DNA of 64,000 bases from Azolla caroliniana (taxonomy: Eukaryota > Plantae > Polypodiophyta): positions 13,144,001-13,208,000 of the forward strand of contig JBHGNT010000021.1 of the NCBI GenBank assembly GCA_043228905.1. Direction: 5' to 3'. The notes under the pieces are model-generated. The model had not been told where the DNA came from. It did no database searches and saw nothing but the letters and a program-made list of their open reading frames with translations. Shown piece after piece: positions 35,689 through 47,155 of the stretch. How positions within the stretch are numbered: position 1 is the stretch's first letter; every line of letters starts with the position of its first letter. The translations under genes and the position numbers were made by a program.

Positions 35689-38600
35689 GCGGGTTACGGA
35701 TGAAAGAGGTCGCGTCGGACCCAAGTCTACAGGATCCGGTCGGCATAGGACACCGATTCACCGACATAATGCTACAGGAGCTCAAGGTTGGTGGGGGTGG
35801 CTTTCTACTGCCGGTGGAGGAGGAACGGTTTCGGGGAATGCTTGGGAGGCATGGGAAGGCCTTCGCATTCTCGCCGGAGGAGATCGGGTGCGTAGACCCG
35901 AGGATCGTAGAACCGATGGTGATATTCACGGTGCTGCATGTGCCGTGGAATTTCAAACTGATTCTGGTTCCCAGAGCTCACGTCCCGAAGTTGATGGAGT
36001 TGCTGAAACAGAAAGTGGAGATGGGCATCCTTGAGCCATCGAGTGCCCCGTATTCGAATCGGTGGTTCACTGTGCTGAAAAAGAACGACACGTTGCGCTT
36101 CATACAGGACCTGTAACCGGTCAACAAGGTGACCATTCGAAATGCAGGTATCGAACTAACAATCAACGAGTTTGCGGAGGCCTTCGCTGGAAGGTCAATC
36201 TACTCAGTCGGTGATCTGTATTCGGGGTATGACTAGTTCTAGCTAGCCATAGAGAGCAGGGATATCACGACGATGCGAACTCCTCTTGGCCTAGTGCAGA
36301 TGTGTACCCTGCCGCAGGGAGGGACCAACTCAGTGGCGGACATGGTGAATGCGATGAACAAGGTGCTAAGGGACTACATCCCGGACATCACCATGCCATT
36401 CTTGGATGACATCCCGATCAAGAGTTGTCTGGTAGGGAATAAGGACAAATTGGTCGGGCCGAACGGATGTCGGAAATTTGTCGCGGACCCAATCAACGAC
36501 TGCGAGAAGGTGCTACAGAGACTTGAGAGCCGCGGGTCACCTTCTCCGAGGAAAAGTCGGCTTTCAAAAAATCGGAAATCATGGTCGTCGGACACCTGTG
36601 TGGGCCTTATGGCCGGAAACCGTCCCCGGTTAAGGTGGAAGCCATCTCCGTGATGAAGGAAGACTGCAGGTCGGTTTACAGAAGTCCAGAGGTTCTTGGG
36701 AGCTTGCGCGTTCAACCACATTTGGATCCCGCATTACACCCATATCGTGGAGCCACTCTCCGGGTTGTTGAAGAAAGGGCGCAAGTTCAAGTGGAGCAAT
36801 GAGCATGCGGAGTCGGTCCGGAAAATGAAAGAAGCGCGGCACTAGCACTTCGGAAAGCAGTCTATGATAAAAACGTTCCAATTTATGTAACCGTAGACAC
36901 AAGCCTGACCGGGATTGGGTGGGTGATCAATCAAGAGGATGAGAGCGGCGGCCAGTTCCTGATCCGATTTGGGGCGAAGGTATTTAGCGAGCGACAACGA
37001 GGATACACCCAAGTCAAGCGCGAACTGTGGGGTATCATTTCGGTAGTCAAGGCCGACAAGGACTATCTAATCGGGACGGAAGTAATAATCGAGACGGACT
37101 GCCTACCGATTCCTGGTATGGTTTCCGGATGCGTGACTCCAGACCTGGCAATGTTCTGGTGGATCGCGTACATCAAGTCTCTAAATCCGGAGATACGACA
37201 CATCTCCGGTAAAGACAACACCATGGCCGGTATGCTCTCAAGAGCTCGTTTCGACGACGAAGACGGCATGGTTTCGGAGGATGAAGAAGTTGGTGAGGAC
37301 TTCTTTGAGTCGGCTCGCGTAGCGGCAAGGTTTGGGAGCAATTTGGTGCTTAACGAGTTCGGCTAGAGCAAGTATGAAGGGGAATGGCTCTAGATCGGTG
37401 GGTTCCTAAAGACGATGACGCCGGGAGCGGCATGGACGAGGGAAGAGGCTAACCGGATCTGGAAGAAAGTGTATCGGTTCTTCTTGCGAGACGGAAGCAT
37501 ATGGAAGCCCTCGAAGAAGCGAAACGGAGTCCCACTCCGGGTGGTGGCAAGGAAGGAGGAGCAGGAAGCATTGCTAACGGCGTACCACAAGAGTCCTTGG
37601 GCCGGGCACCGGGGGACATGGGCTACGTTCGAGAAGCTGAAGGAGGAGTACTGGTGGCCGGGATTATACTGGGACGTGCATCGGTTCGTAACAACTTGCG
37701 AAAGCTGTCAGATGCATTCCATAGTCCGACATCGAGGCGAGCTGCACCCGACTTACCCGCCGACCATCCACTTCGAGTGGATGGTGGATCTAGTGATGAT
37801 GCCGATGGGGGTAGGGCAGATGCGGTACCTTGTGCTGGCGCGAGAAGACTTGACAAACCAAGTGGAGGGCCGTGCACTGCAGAATAAGATGATCGCGGCG
37901 GTGTGCCGATTCCTGATTGAGGAGGTGGTGTGCTGGTACGGGTGCGTAGGGAAGACGCGCAGGAAGCCGAAGAACTGTTCGACTGTCTAGGGGTCAAGCT
38001 CTCCCTCACTACGGCATACAACCCAGAGGCAAATAGGAAGGTAGAGCGCGAACACGGGCCAATCGTAAAAGCGTTGTTATGGGCCTGCGAAGGCCAAGTC
38101 GGGAATTAGCCGCGGCTCCTACCCTACGCCTTGTGGGCAGACCGGACTACGCACAGTTCAGTAACCGGGGTCATGCCGACGGAGCTGATGTATGGGAAGA
38201 AGCTGGTCATGCCGATGGAGCGAACGATCTCCTCATGGGCCGCGGTGGTTTGGAGAGATGAGATGAGCCGAGATGAGCTGTTAGCGGCGCGCATCCAACA
38301 GCTCGAACGAAGAACAGAGGATGTAGAACGGGCAACGGCGAAGCTGCGCACAGCAAGGACAAAGAACAAGGGGCGATTTGACCGAACTCACCGACTACAA
38401 CCAAAGAAAATCGAGGAAGGCAATTGGGTTCTGGTCTACGACAGCAGCCTCGACAACTAACACAAAGCGATACGGAAGTTTGCGAGGAGGTGGTTTGGGC
38501 CTTACGCGGTGATAAGCGCCAACGACAACGGCACCTACCACCTCGCAGAACTTGACGGAACGAGGATAGCTGTGCCGGTGGCAGAAAAGAGGATCAAGGT

Positions 38601-40023
38601 GTTCAAGAAGCGGCACGAGGATGAACCGGACCTAGAGGGCATGGATGGTGACGATGACCAGTGCGGAGGAAGTGGCGAACTAGAGAGCGGAAGATAATAG
38701 CGGGCCGGTCTTCTCCGGCAAAATCTATTCTGGCTCATACCGCAGGATTCGCGGTTAGTGTTAGGAAACAGGTCCCTTCGGATGGGAAGTGAGAAGAACA
38801 ATACTGATGGGCAAACTCGGCCGTGGCCGATAGGCCGAGGCCGAAACCGGAATTGGAGTACCCGACAACGGAAGACCCGGTGAGAACCGGATGACGAGTA
38901 CCCGACAAGAGCCGGATGGTGAAGACCCGGTGAGGAGTGCTCATCGGATGAAGGAAACATATTCGTAAATATGTTTCTGAGAGTCCATCAGGGCTATATT
39001 TGTAAATAGCCGAAAAGTCATATTAGTATAAATAGGACTTAGGGAAAACTTAGAGTTAATGAGTTGTTGTTGTCATTCTTGTTGGTGTAAGATTAGTGCG
39101 CGTAACTGTGTACAGAGGGAGCGAGAGAGAGGAAGAGGTTGTTAACTCTGTTGTAACCGCTACTTGTGGCGAAGATAACAAGCTCAAGGTTGTGGCCTTG
39201 GTGCTTTCCTATTGTACATTCTGATATAGTGATAGTTTGCAGTCTGTGGGCTGCCGTGGTTTTTCCCGAGTTGGGGTTTTCCACGTAAACATCTTGTGTA
39301 CTCTTCTCTCCATTGTGTTGTGCTTTCATTCCCCGTTTTTCTGTGTTTTATTCTAGGCTCGGTTATGGCCGAGCGTTGTTCATCCGAAGCGTGTGTTCCT
39401 GTCAGTTAGGTGGGGGCGGATGTCGTGGAGAAAACTGTCCCTAGGAGGAATCAGCAGATAGTGTGCATGAACCGGCCCTTACACATGGGCACATGTTTTG
39501 ATATTTATAGTTAGGTATAGGCCGTCGATGTAACTATCCTAGGTAGCACTAGTTCATTAAGTAGGGAATTGAAGGGAATAACAGGGATTGAACGATCTGT
39601 AAACGACTCTCTCCTTGTGCTATAAAGGGAGGGGTAAGGGGCCTAAGTGCGGGATCGAACATTTTATTTGGAGAGGAGGAAGTGTTGTCGAACTGGGAAC
39701 CAAGCTCTCTCCTCCACCATCATTGTTGCTTCTGTAGGGATTGGGATTAAGTTGGCTACCTCTGGTGCGTGAAATCCCGTGTGCTTTCGATAGAGGCTCC
39801 ACTACGAGTTTTAGTGGGTGTGTTCGTCTATGTTGAGTCTGTCGCCAGCTTGCCGGTTGTAATGTTGGAAGCTTTGTAATCTATACTATTATTGGAATTG
39901 ATTCTCTCATTTCTGTATCTCTGTGTATTCTGTGAATCTCTCTCCCTCTCATCTCTCACCCTCCTCGATTCGGGCCCCCGCGGTCCCGCCTTATTTCATA
40001 TGCGAAATGATAACAACACGACA
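35689..40023 (+). mobile_element. 5'-truncated gypsy T2 (degenerate RT-RH-IN and 3' LTR 39421-40023)
   Basis: pol fragments at 35689-38697 are close to T4; PPT GTGGGGGCGGA; LTR TGTCGT...ACGACA; right flank ACGG. Confidence 0.9.
38759..39404 (+). mobile_element. Solo LTR (copia-type), TSD GTTAG
   Basis: TGTTAGGAA...TTCCTGTCA with GTTAG on both sides; CCGTGGTTTTTCCC...TTTTCCACGT motif typical of Tnt1-like LTRs; removing it restores the T2 pre-PPT sequence. Confidence 0.9.
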
Positions 40024-43000
40024 ACGGGGAGAGCACGACCGAGTCTCCACTACTCACTTGCTCATCATCCGACTGGTCAATCCGATTCAGTTGCTCGTTT
40101 GGCCCACTCAGCCGGTATGAGATCAGACTCTCTTCTAGAGCCCCGATTTCTTCTTCATCCAGAGGCATTTCGACCTCACTGACCTCGTCCTTAGAGATCG
40201 GAATGGATTTATTAGGGGTTGGAGATGAGGGCAAGTACCATGATGCTGACTCATTGAACACGACATCTTGACTGACATGGGCATGTTTGGTTCGGGGGTT
40301 ATAACATTTTTAACCCTTTTGCTCGTTCGAGTAGCCAACAAGAATGCACTTCTCGGCTTTCGCGTCTAACTTCCTCTTCTTTTCTTTCGGCACATGAATA
40401 TAGGCAATGCTTCCGAACACCCTCAAGTGTCCTACATTCGGTTTTTTCCCGAAATACAACTCATGTGGTGACACTCCACTTGGAGATGTCCGATTTGCAG
40501 GTAGATGGTTGTCCAGACCGTTTCAGCCTAGTAAAACTTCGGTAGATGTTTCTCTTCAAGCATCTCCTGTGTCGCCTCTTCTATCATCTGATTCTTCCGC
40601 TCCGCCACACTGTTCTACTCCAATGCGTATGTGCAAGAGAATTCCCATCGAATTCCTTCCTTTTGTAGATAATTCGAGAACTGGTCGGAAAAGTACTCTT
40701 TCCCGCCATCGAACTCCAGGCACTTGATCTTGTTGTCGGTTTCCTATTCGGCAAGGCTCTTCACCTTCAGGAAACATGAGAAGACTTCACTGTTCTTCGC
40801 AATCAAGCACGCCCAAGTGTGCCGAGTGTAGTCTTTGATTAAGGTTACAAAGTAATGGTTTTCGCCGATGCTCATCTTCTGTGTCGGTCCCCACACATTC
40901 GAATGGATCACATCGAACCGCTTCCATCTCTGATTTCGCTTGTTGGGGAATGGAAGTCGGTGTTGCATCCCTAGTTGGCAAGCTTCGCAGACTTGGTCAT
41001 TCCGGCCACTAAATTTTGGTAGTCCGAAAACGATATTCTCTGCCTGCATTTCTCGAAGCTGTGGGAAGTTAACATGGCCGAGCGGCTTGTTCTATAGGTC
41101 GATATCTGACTCCACCTTTTGCCCTTTTGCAAACATGGTGCTTCCGACTTCATTTATTTTGAGGATAAACATCCTCCCTTCTCGGTGCGTGAACTGAACT
41201 TGCATTCCTTGGTGAACAATATGTCCAAGTTCTTTGTGATCGTCGGGATGTGCAAGAAGTTCATCAGCTTCCCTTTTTGTTAGACATGGTTTAAGGGAAC
41301 TTTGTCGACATGTTCGATGATATGTGGGGTGTCGTCACCCATTTCGATGATCCCCAATTGTTCTAGTTTCTCCAAATACAAGAACCACTCCTCGTGGCTC
41401 GTTATGTTGGTCGACGCCCTGGAATCAACATACCATACCTCATTCGGTTTCGAGGTGCTTGTCTTGATTGAATTAGCCTTATGCTTCATCACAAAGGTTT
41501 GGCCCGATCCATTTCGGGCTCCTTCTTAGCCCTCGGCGTAGTGCGATCTTTGATGCCTATTTGCGTCTTCTCGACTTGATCCATATTTGTCCGAATCAGA
41601 GCGCTTCTTTCAGCACTCGCTCTCTCGGTGGCCTTTCTTGCCACAATACAAGCACTCCGTTTTGGCCTTTGATTTTTGGTTTCCGGCCCCGCCTTGACTC
41701 CCCTTGTTTTCGGAGGGTCTGGAATTGCTGTCAGCATTTCGATTATGCCTTTGGTTTTGCACTTGTCGGCCACCTCCATTCTGTGCTGATCTGTCTCGTC
41801 TACCATGACCACGGGGCCTATCTTCCTCCGTGTACAACATCTTGTTGTTGGTGTGCGTACTCGTCAATGCACCCATGTGGTTCTCTTCAACAAAAAGCAT
41901 CAATTGTAACTCAAAGAATGACGGTGTATTCTCTGTTGTGTAGAAAGCCGTTCGGAATTATCTGAACTTAGATGCCAGCCCACTGAGACAAGCCTGCACC
42001 ATTTCGTCATCCTTGATGATCACGTTGATGGAGGTGAGGGAGTCATAGATGTCCTTGATTCGGGTTGTATAATTGGTCACACAGAGATCTTTCTGTCCAA
42101 CATTGTTGAGCACTTGTCGGAGCTGCAACTTCCTTGCTGTTGTGCTTACCGCAATAACCTTCTTCAGGTTCATCAAAGCATCTTTGGGCGTCTTGGCATC
42201 CCGGATGTAGTAGAGTAGCTAATCACCAACGTTGGACACGAAGCAGTACATTACTTTGCTTTCCGCTTGCTCCCAGGCCGGAATATCCCTGTGTGTTGTA
42301 TTTGGTGCTACAACATTTGCTCCTTCGACGTAACTCTAGTACCCGTGTCGAAGGAGGTACTGGTGCATCTTGTATGACCAAGATGCATAGTTGCTTTTGT
42401 CGAGCTTCCCATACCTCTGTACATTTCTCTTCTATTTTTCGGAAAAAGGAAAACTTCCGTGTCTCTGTGTTTGAATGTTCTTGTCGGTAGTAGAGGATGT
42501 TCTAACCTCGCTGTCGTGAAGAAAACCGTCCCTAGGCGGAAACCGAGTTTAGCGTGTGTAAATTGGCCCCTACACGCGAGCACACTTTTCGTTGTATAGT
42601 AAGTAGGTAGGCACAAGTCGGCTGAGGTGAAATCCTAGGTAGCACGCATTCAATAGGGAGAGAATCGAGGGGGTATCTCTCTCCTTTCGGACAGAGAATT
42701 AATATGATGTAACGGATGATAATGGCCTCCCTCCTTGGGCTATAAAAGAGAGGGAGAGGAATGGGAAAAAGGGATCGTGTGTTAGAGAGGACGAGGTGAT
42801 GCTGGACTGGGACCATTTTTTTGCGCAGGTTTTCGGGAGGCTGACTCTGCTCCGTAGAACGCCCGTTGTCGGGGTTGCTACGCCCTTGTGTGTAGAAAGG
42901 AGGAGGGACCACGGGGGTCTCGAACCGAAGAGCAAGAGAGAGAGGAGTAAGAGAGAGAGAGACCCGATTACACGGAACCGAAGATCCGATCGCGCAGAAC

Positions 43001-43657
43001 CGACGATTGCACAGGGACACGGCCCAACAAACAGAGATCACAAATAAACGCCGACACAGATGGACGCAACAACGAGAGATAAGTACTTATGAATGCAAGA
43101 AAATAACAGACTAAAGTATTACAACCCACGGTGGGGCGCAAAATAGATACTAACGAAAACGAACAGGGCGGCGAACAGCTGCCGACCCCTGTATGTCGCG
43201 ACGCACAGAAAGGGAAAACAGGTCGGAGGTGCTGCAGGACGCACTCGGGGCGTTCCACGGAACAGCGCAAGCCTCCTCGAAACCTGCACAGGTACGCGAT
43301 GGAGCAGAAGACAGAGAGAGCAGGAGTGAGAGAGAAGCTCCGAAATCGGTTCGGCAGCACTTCGTCCTCTCCGCGGGAGATGTTTTCTTCTATTCTTCCT
43401 CTTCCTTTTTATAGCCCGTCAAGAGGCCGTTTGGCATTAACTGCATACCAACCGAATCTGCCCACCTAGGATCCTCGTATGTACCTACTTCGTCCTTAGG
43501 TACTTCTTGGCGCGCGTGTGTGTGTAGAGCCGTTTCCCACGCCTTGTTCCTCCGATTCCTCTTGTGGGCGGTTTTCTTCACGACATCCACCCCCACCTAA
43601 CCGCGCATCCGCCGGCATGCGCCAAATTAAGTTGGCACGGAGAAAACCGGCCCGCCT

Positions 43658-46600
43658 TTACTCTTCGCCTGCCGGCCCTTCCTCGGCCCCGGATCGGTCG
43701 TCGCTGCTGTCCAGAAGAATCGGGTCGGGTTCGTCGTCGTGCCGCTTCTTGAAAGCTTTGATCCTCTTCCCGGCCACGGGTGTCGCCATTCTCGTACCGT
43801 CGAGTTCCGCCAGGTGATACGTCCCGTTGTCGTTGGCGCTATGTACCGTGTACGGCCCGAACCATCTCCGTGCGAACTTCCGCGTTGCTCGGTGCTGGTT
43901 GTCGAGGCTGCCGTCGTAGACGAGCACCCAGTCACCTTCGTCGATTTTCTTCGGTCGTAGCCGGTGCGTTCGGTCGAACCGGGCTTTGTTCTTTGTCCTC
44001 GCCACCCGGAGCTTCTCCGTAGCCAGTGCCACGTCCTCCGGTCTCCGCTCGAGCTGTCGTATACGTGCGGCCAACAACTCCTCCCGGCTCATCTCGTCCC
44101 TCCAGTCGACCGTTGCCCACGAGGAGATCGTCCGTTCAATCGGCATGATCGGCTTCTGGCCGAACATGAGCTCCGTCGGCATGTACCCGGTTACCGAACT
44201 GTGCGTGGTCCGGTCCGCCCACAAAGCATAAGGTAGCAGCCGCGGCCAGTTACCGACTCGGCCTCCGCATGCCCGAATCAACGCCTTGACGATCGGTCCG
44301 TGTCCGCGCTCCACCTTTCCATTCGCCTCCGGATTGTACGCAGTGGTGAGCGAGAGCTTGACTCCAAGCCGGTCGAACAGCTCCGCGGCCTCTTCGGCGT
44401 CCAACTCCCCTCGGTCAGCCACGATCTTCCCGACGCACCCGTACCGGCATATCACGTCCTCGACTAGGAACCGACACACGGCCGCGGTCGTCTTGTTCTG
44501 AAGGGCTCGGCCTTCCACCTGGTTCGTCAGGTCTTCCCGCGCTAGGACCAGATACCGCATCTGTCCTACCCCCATCGGCATCGTCACCAGATCTACCATC
44601 CATTTGAAGTGGATAGTCGGAGGGTACGTAGGGTGAAGCCCGTCCCGGTGTCGGACCATCGAGTGCATCTGACAACTCTCGCAAGTTGACACGAACCGAT
44701 GCACGTCCCGGTACAATCCCGGCCACCAGTACTTCCCCTTCAGCTTCTCAAACGTCGCCCACGTTCCACGGTGTCCAGCCCAAGGGCTGTCGTGGTAGGC
44801 CGCCAGTAGCTCCTCCTGTTCTTCCTTTATCGCCACCACCCGGAGCGGGACGCCGTTCTTCTTCTTCGGGTGCTTCCACAAATGCCCATCTCGGAGAAAG
44901 AATCGATATGCTTTCTTCCGGATCCGGTTGGCCTCGTCCTTCGTCCATGACGCATCGGGCGTCATTGTCTTCAAAAACCCGCCGATCTGCAGCCACTCCC
45001 CGTCGTACTTGCTCGCGTCGAACTCGTTAAGCGCCGGAGTGCTCATCCCGTCGGTCGTTATGTATGCCGCCTCGAAGAAATCCACGCCGACTTCTTCGTC
45101 TTCCGAAACCATGCCGCCCTCGTCGTCGAACCTCGCCCTCGAAAGCATGTCGGCCATGGCGTTGTCTTTCCCGGAAATGTGTCGTATTTCCGGGTCCAGG
45201 GACTTGATGTACGCTATCCACCTGAGCATCGCCAGGTCCGGAGTCGCGCATCCGGAAACCATACCGAGGATCGGCAGGCAATCCGTCTCGATGATCACTT
45301 CTGTCCCTACCAGGTAGTCTTTGTCGGCCTTAACCGCCGAAACAATACCCCAGAGTTCGCGTTTAACCTGGGCGTATCCTCGCTGCCGTTCACTGAGGAC
45401 TTTCGCGCCGAATCGGATCGGAAACCGATTGCCGTCCTCGTCTTCCTGGTTCACGACCCATCCGATCCCGGTCGGACTGGTATCCACCGTTATGAATACC
45501 GGGGTACCCTTCCCGTATACCGCCTTCCGGAGTGCCGGTGCCGCTGCAAGGGCCTCTTTCAGCTTCCGGACCGATTCCGCGTGCTCGTCTAGCCATTCGA
45601 ACCTTCGCCCCTTTTTCAGCAACCCGTACAGTGGCTCCGCGACGTGTGCGTAATGCGGGATCCATATGTGGTAGAACGCGCATGCCCCCAGGAATCTCCG
45701 TACTTCCGTGACCGAGCTGCAGTCGGGCTTCATCGCGGAGATGGCTTCTACCTTTGCCGGAGACGGTTTCCGGCCATATGGTCCGCACAGGTGTCCGACC
45801 ACCATGATTTCTGACTGCCCGAAGGCCGACTTCTCCCCGGAGATGGTGAGTCTCGCATCCTCTAGCCTTTGCAGCACCTTCTCGCAGTCGTCGATGTGCG
45901 TCGCCACGAATCGCCGGCATCCGTCCGGCCCGATCGTCTCGTCCTTTTCTTCCACCGGGCATCCCTTGATCGGGATGTCGTCCAGAAACGGCATGGTGAT
46001 GTCCGGGATACAGTCCCTCAGAACCTTGTTCATCGCATTCACCATGTGGGCCACCGAGTTGGTCCCTCCTTGCGGCAGTGTACACATCCGAACTAGGCCG
46101 AGGGGAGTTCGCATCGTCGTAATGTCTCTGCTCTCCACGGCTAGCTGGAACTGGTCGTACCCTGAGTATAGATCCCCGACCGAGTAAATTGACCTTCCGG
46201 CGAAGGCCTCCGCGAACTCGTCTATGGTCGGTCCGATCCCTGCGTTCCGAATGGTCACTCGATTGACCGGCTGCAGGTCCTGGATGAAGCGCAACGAACC
46301 GTTTTTCTTCGGCACGGTAAACCATCGATTCGAATATGGGGCGCTCGACGGCTCGAGAATTCCCATATCAACTTTCTGCCTCAGCAGCTCCATCAACTTC
46401 GGGATGTGAGCTCTCGGAACCGGGATTGGCTTGAGATTCCATGGTACATGCGGTACCGTGAATATCACCATCGGCTCCACGATCGTCGGGTCAACGCACC
46501 CGATTTCCTCCGGCGAGAATGCGAAGGCTTTCTCGTGCCTTCCGAGCATTCGCCGAAACCGGTCTTCCTCCGCCGGCAGTAGGAACCCGCCCCCACCGAT

Positions 46601-47149
46601 TTTGAGCTCTCGGAGTGTCTCGTCGGTGAAGGTGTGCCCTATGCAGGCCGGATCTCGTAGGCTAGGGTCCGATGCAACCCCTTTGATTCTCGACGCGCTG
46701 TCCTCCGGTAAGGGTGCCGCGACTGGCCTTACCTTCCGGTCCACAGTCTTGTACTTGGTGCTTACGTGGGCCGTTCGAACTGACTCGAGCCCTCGACCGA
46801 AGTCCGCGATGACTTCGTACATCTCCTCGGAACACACCGGTATCGTCCGGTCTTCGTTAAGGCCTTCTTCGACTACCTTTCCCAGCATTCCCAAGGTGTC
46901 GTCGAATGAGACCGCCTCCACGGCTCCGTCGATTTCCTCGTCCGGGCCGAGAACTCCGCACGCTCGAAGTCTCCCCTCCGCCTTTGTCTTCTCTCGGCCG
47001 CCGATGCCGACCATCGTACACGCTCCGCTGTCGGAGAACAAAAATTCCCTACCTATTGTACAAGGTTTCTTCGGTTTTATCGTACAGGTGTGGGGTTTTC
47101 CCGGGGTGTCCGGACTGTCGCGGCCCCACGCCTTGGCAGCCCTCTCTAA
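43658..47149 (-). CDS. pol: T4 Pol (RT-RH-IN), uninterrupted, entered by -1 frameshift
   Basis: The 1127-aa ORF is open upstream to the slippery site; FLDD, RH (DTSPTG, KRELWG, TDC), HHCC, DDE core and WFGPY. Confidence 0.95.
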   Translation of the reverse strand, partial: LERAAKAWGRDSPDTPGKPHTCTIKPKKPCTIGREFLFSDSGACTMVGIGGREKTKAEGRLRACGVLGPDEEIDGAVEAVSFDDTLGMLGKVVEEGLNEDRTIPVCSEEMYEVIADFGRGLESVRTAHVSTKYKTVDRKVRPVAAPLPEDSASRIKGVASDPSLRDPACIGHTFTDETLRELKIGGGGFLLPAEEDRFRRMLGRHEKAFAFSPEEIGCVDPTIVEPMVIFTVPHVPWNLKPIPVPRAHIPKLMELLRQKVDMGILEPSSAPYSNRWFTVPKKNGSLRFIQDLQPVNRVTIRNAGIGPTIDEFAEAFAGRSIYSVGDLYSGYDQFQLAVESRDITTMRTPLGLVRMCTLPQGGTNSVAHMVNAMNKVLRDCIPDITMPFLDDIPIKGCPVEEKDETIGPDGCRRFVATHIDDCEKVLQRLEDARLTISGEKSAFGQSEIMVVGHLCGPYGRKPSPAKVEAISAMKPDCSSVTEVRRFLGACAFYHIWIPHYAHVAEPLYGLLKKGRRFEWLDEHAESVRKLKEALAAAPALRKAVYGKGTPVFITVDTSPTGIGWVVNQEDEDGNRFPIRFGAKVLSERQRGYAQVKRELWGIVSAVKADKDYLVGTEVIIETDCLPILGMVSGCATPDLAMLRWIAYIKSLDPEIRHISGKDNAMADMLSRARFDDEGGMVSEDEEVGVDFFEAAYITTDGMSTPALNEFDASKYDGEWLQIGGFLKTMTPDASWTKDEANRIRKKAYRFFLRDGHLWKHPKKKNGVPLRVVAIKEEQEELLAAYHDSPWAGHRGTWATFEKLKGKYWWPGLYRDVHRFVSTCESCQMHSMVRHRDGLHPTYPPTIHFKWMVDLVTMPMGVGQMRYLVLAREDLTNQVEGRALQNKTTAAVCRFLVEDVICRYGCVGKIVADRGELDAEEAAELFDRLGVKLSLTTAYNPEANGKVERGHGPIVKALIRACGGRVGNWPRLLPYALWADRTTHSSVTGYMPTELMFGQKPIMPIERTISSWATVDWRDEMSREELLAARIRQLERRPEDVALATEKLRVARTKNKARFDRTHRLRPKKIDEGDWVLVYDGSLDNQHRATRKFARRWFGPYTVHSANDNGTYHLAELDGTRMATPVAGKRIKAFKKRHDDEPDPILLDSSDDRSGAEEGPAGEE

Positions 47150-47155
47150 AAATCC
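47087..47155 (-). promoter_or_regulatory. Putative -1 frameshift signal in T4
   Basis: GGATTTT TAG; stems GGGCTG/CAGTCC and GTGGGG/CCCCAC. Confidence 0.82.

Noticed and set aside
43658-43800. Chromodomain at the integrase C-terminus, or an additional RNase H in the Athila-like pol
   Set aside because: IN ends in a short acidic tail, and no additional RNase H motif lies between RH and IN.
45390-46325. Long overlapping and antisense ORFs in T4 and other GC-rich elements
   Set aside because: Expected shadow frames of GC-rich coding sequence; I saw no evidence that they are conserved in T1.
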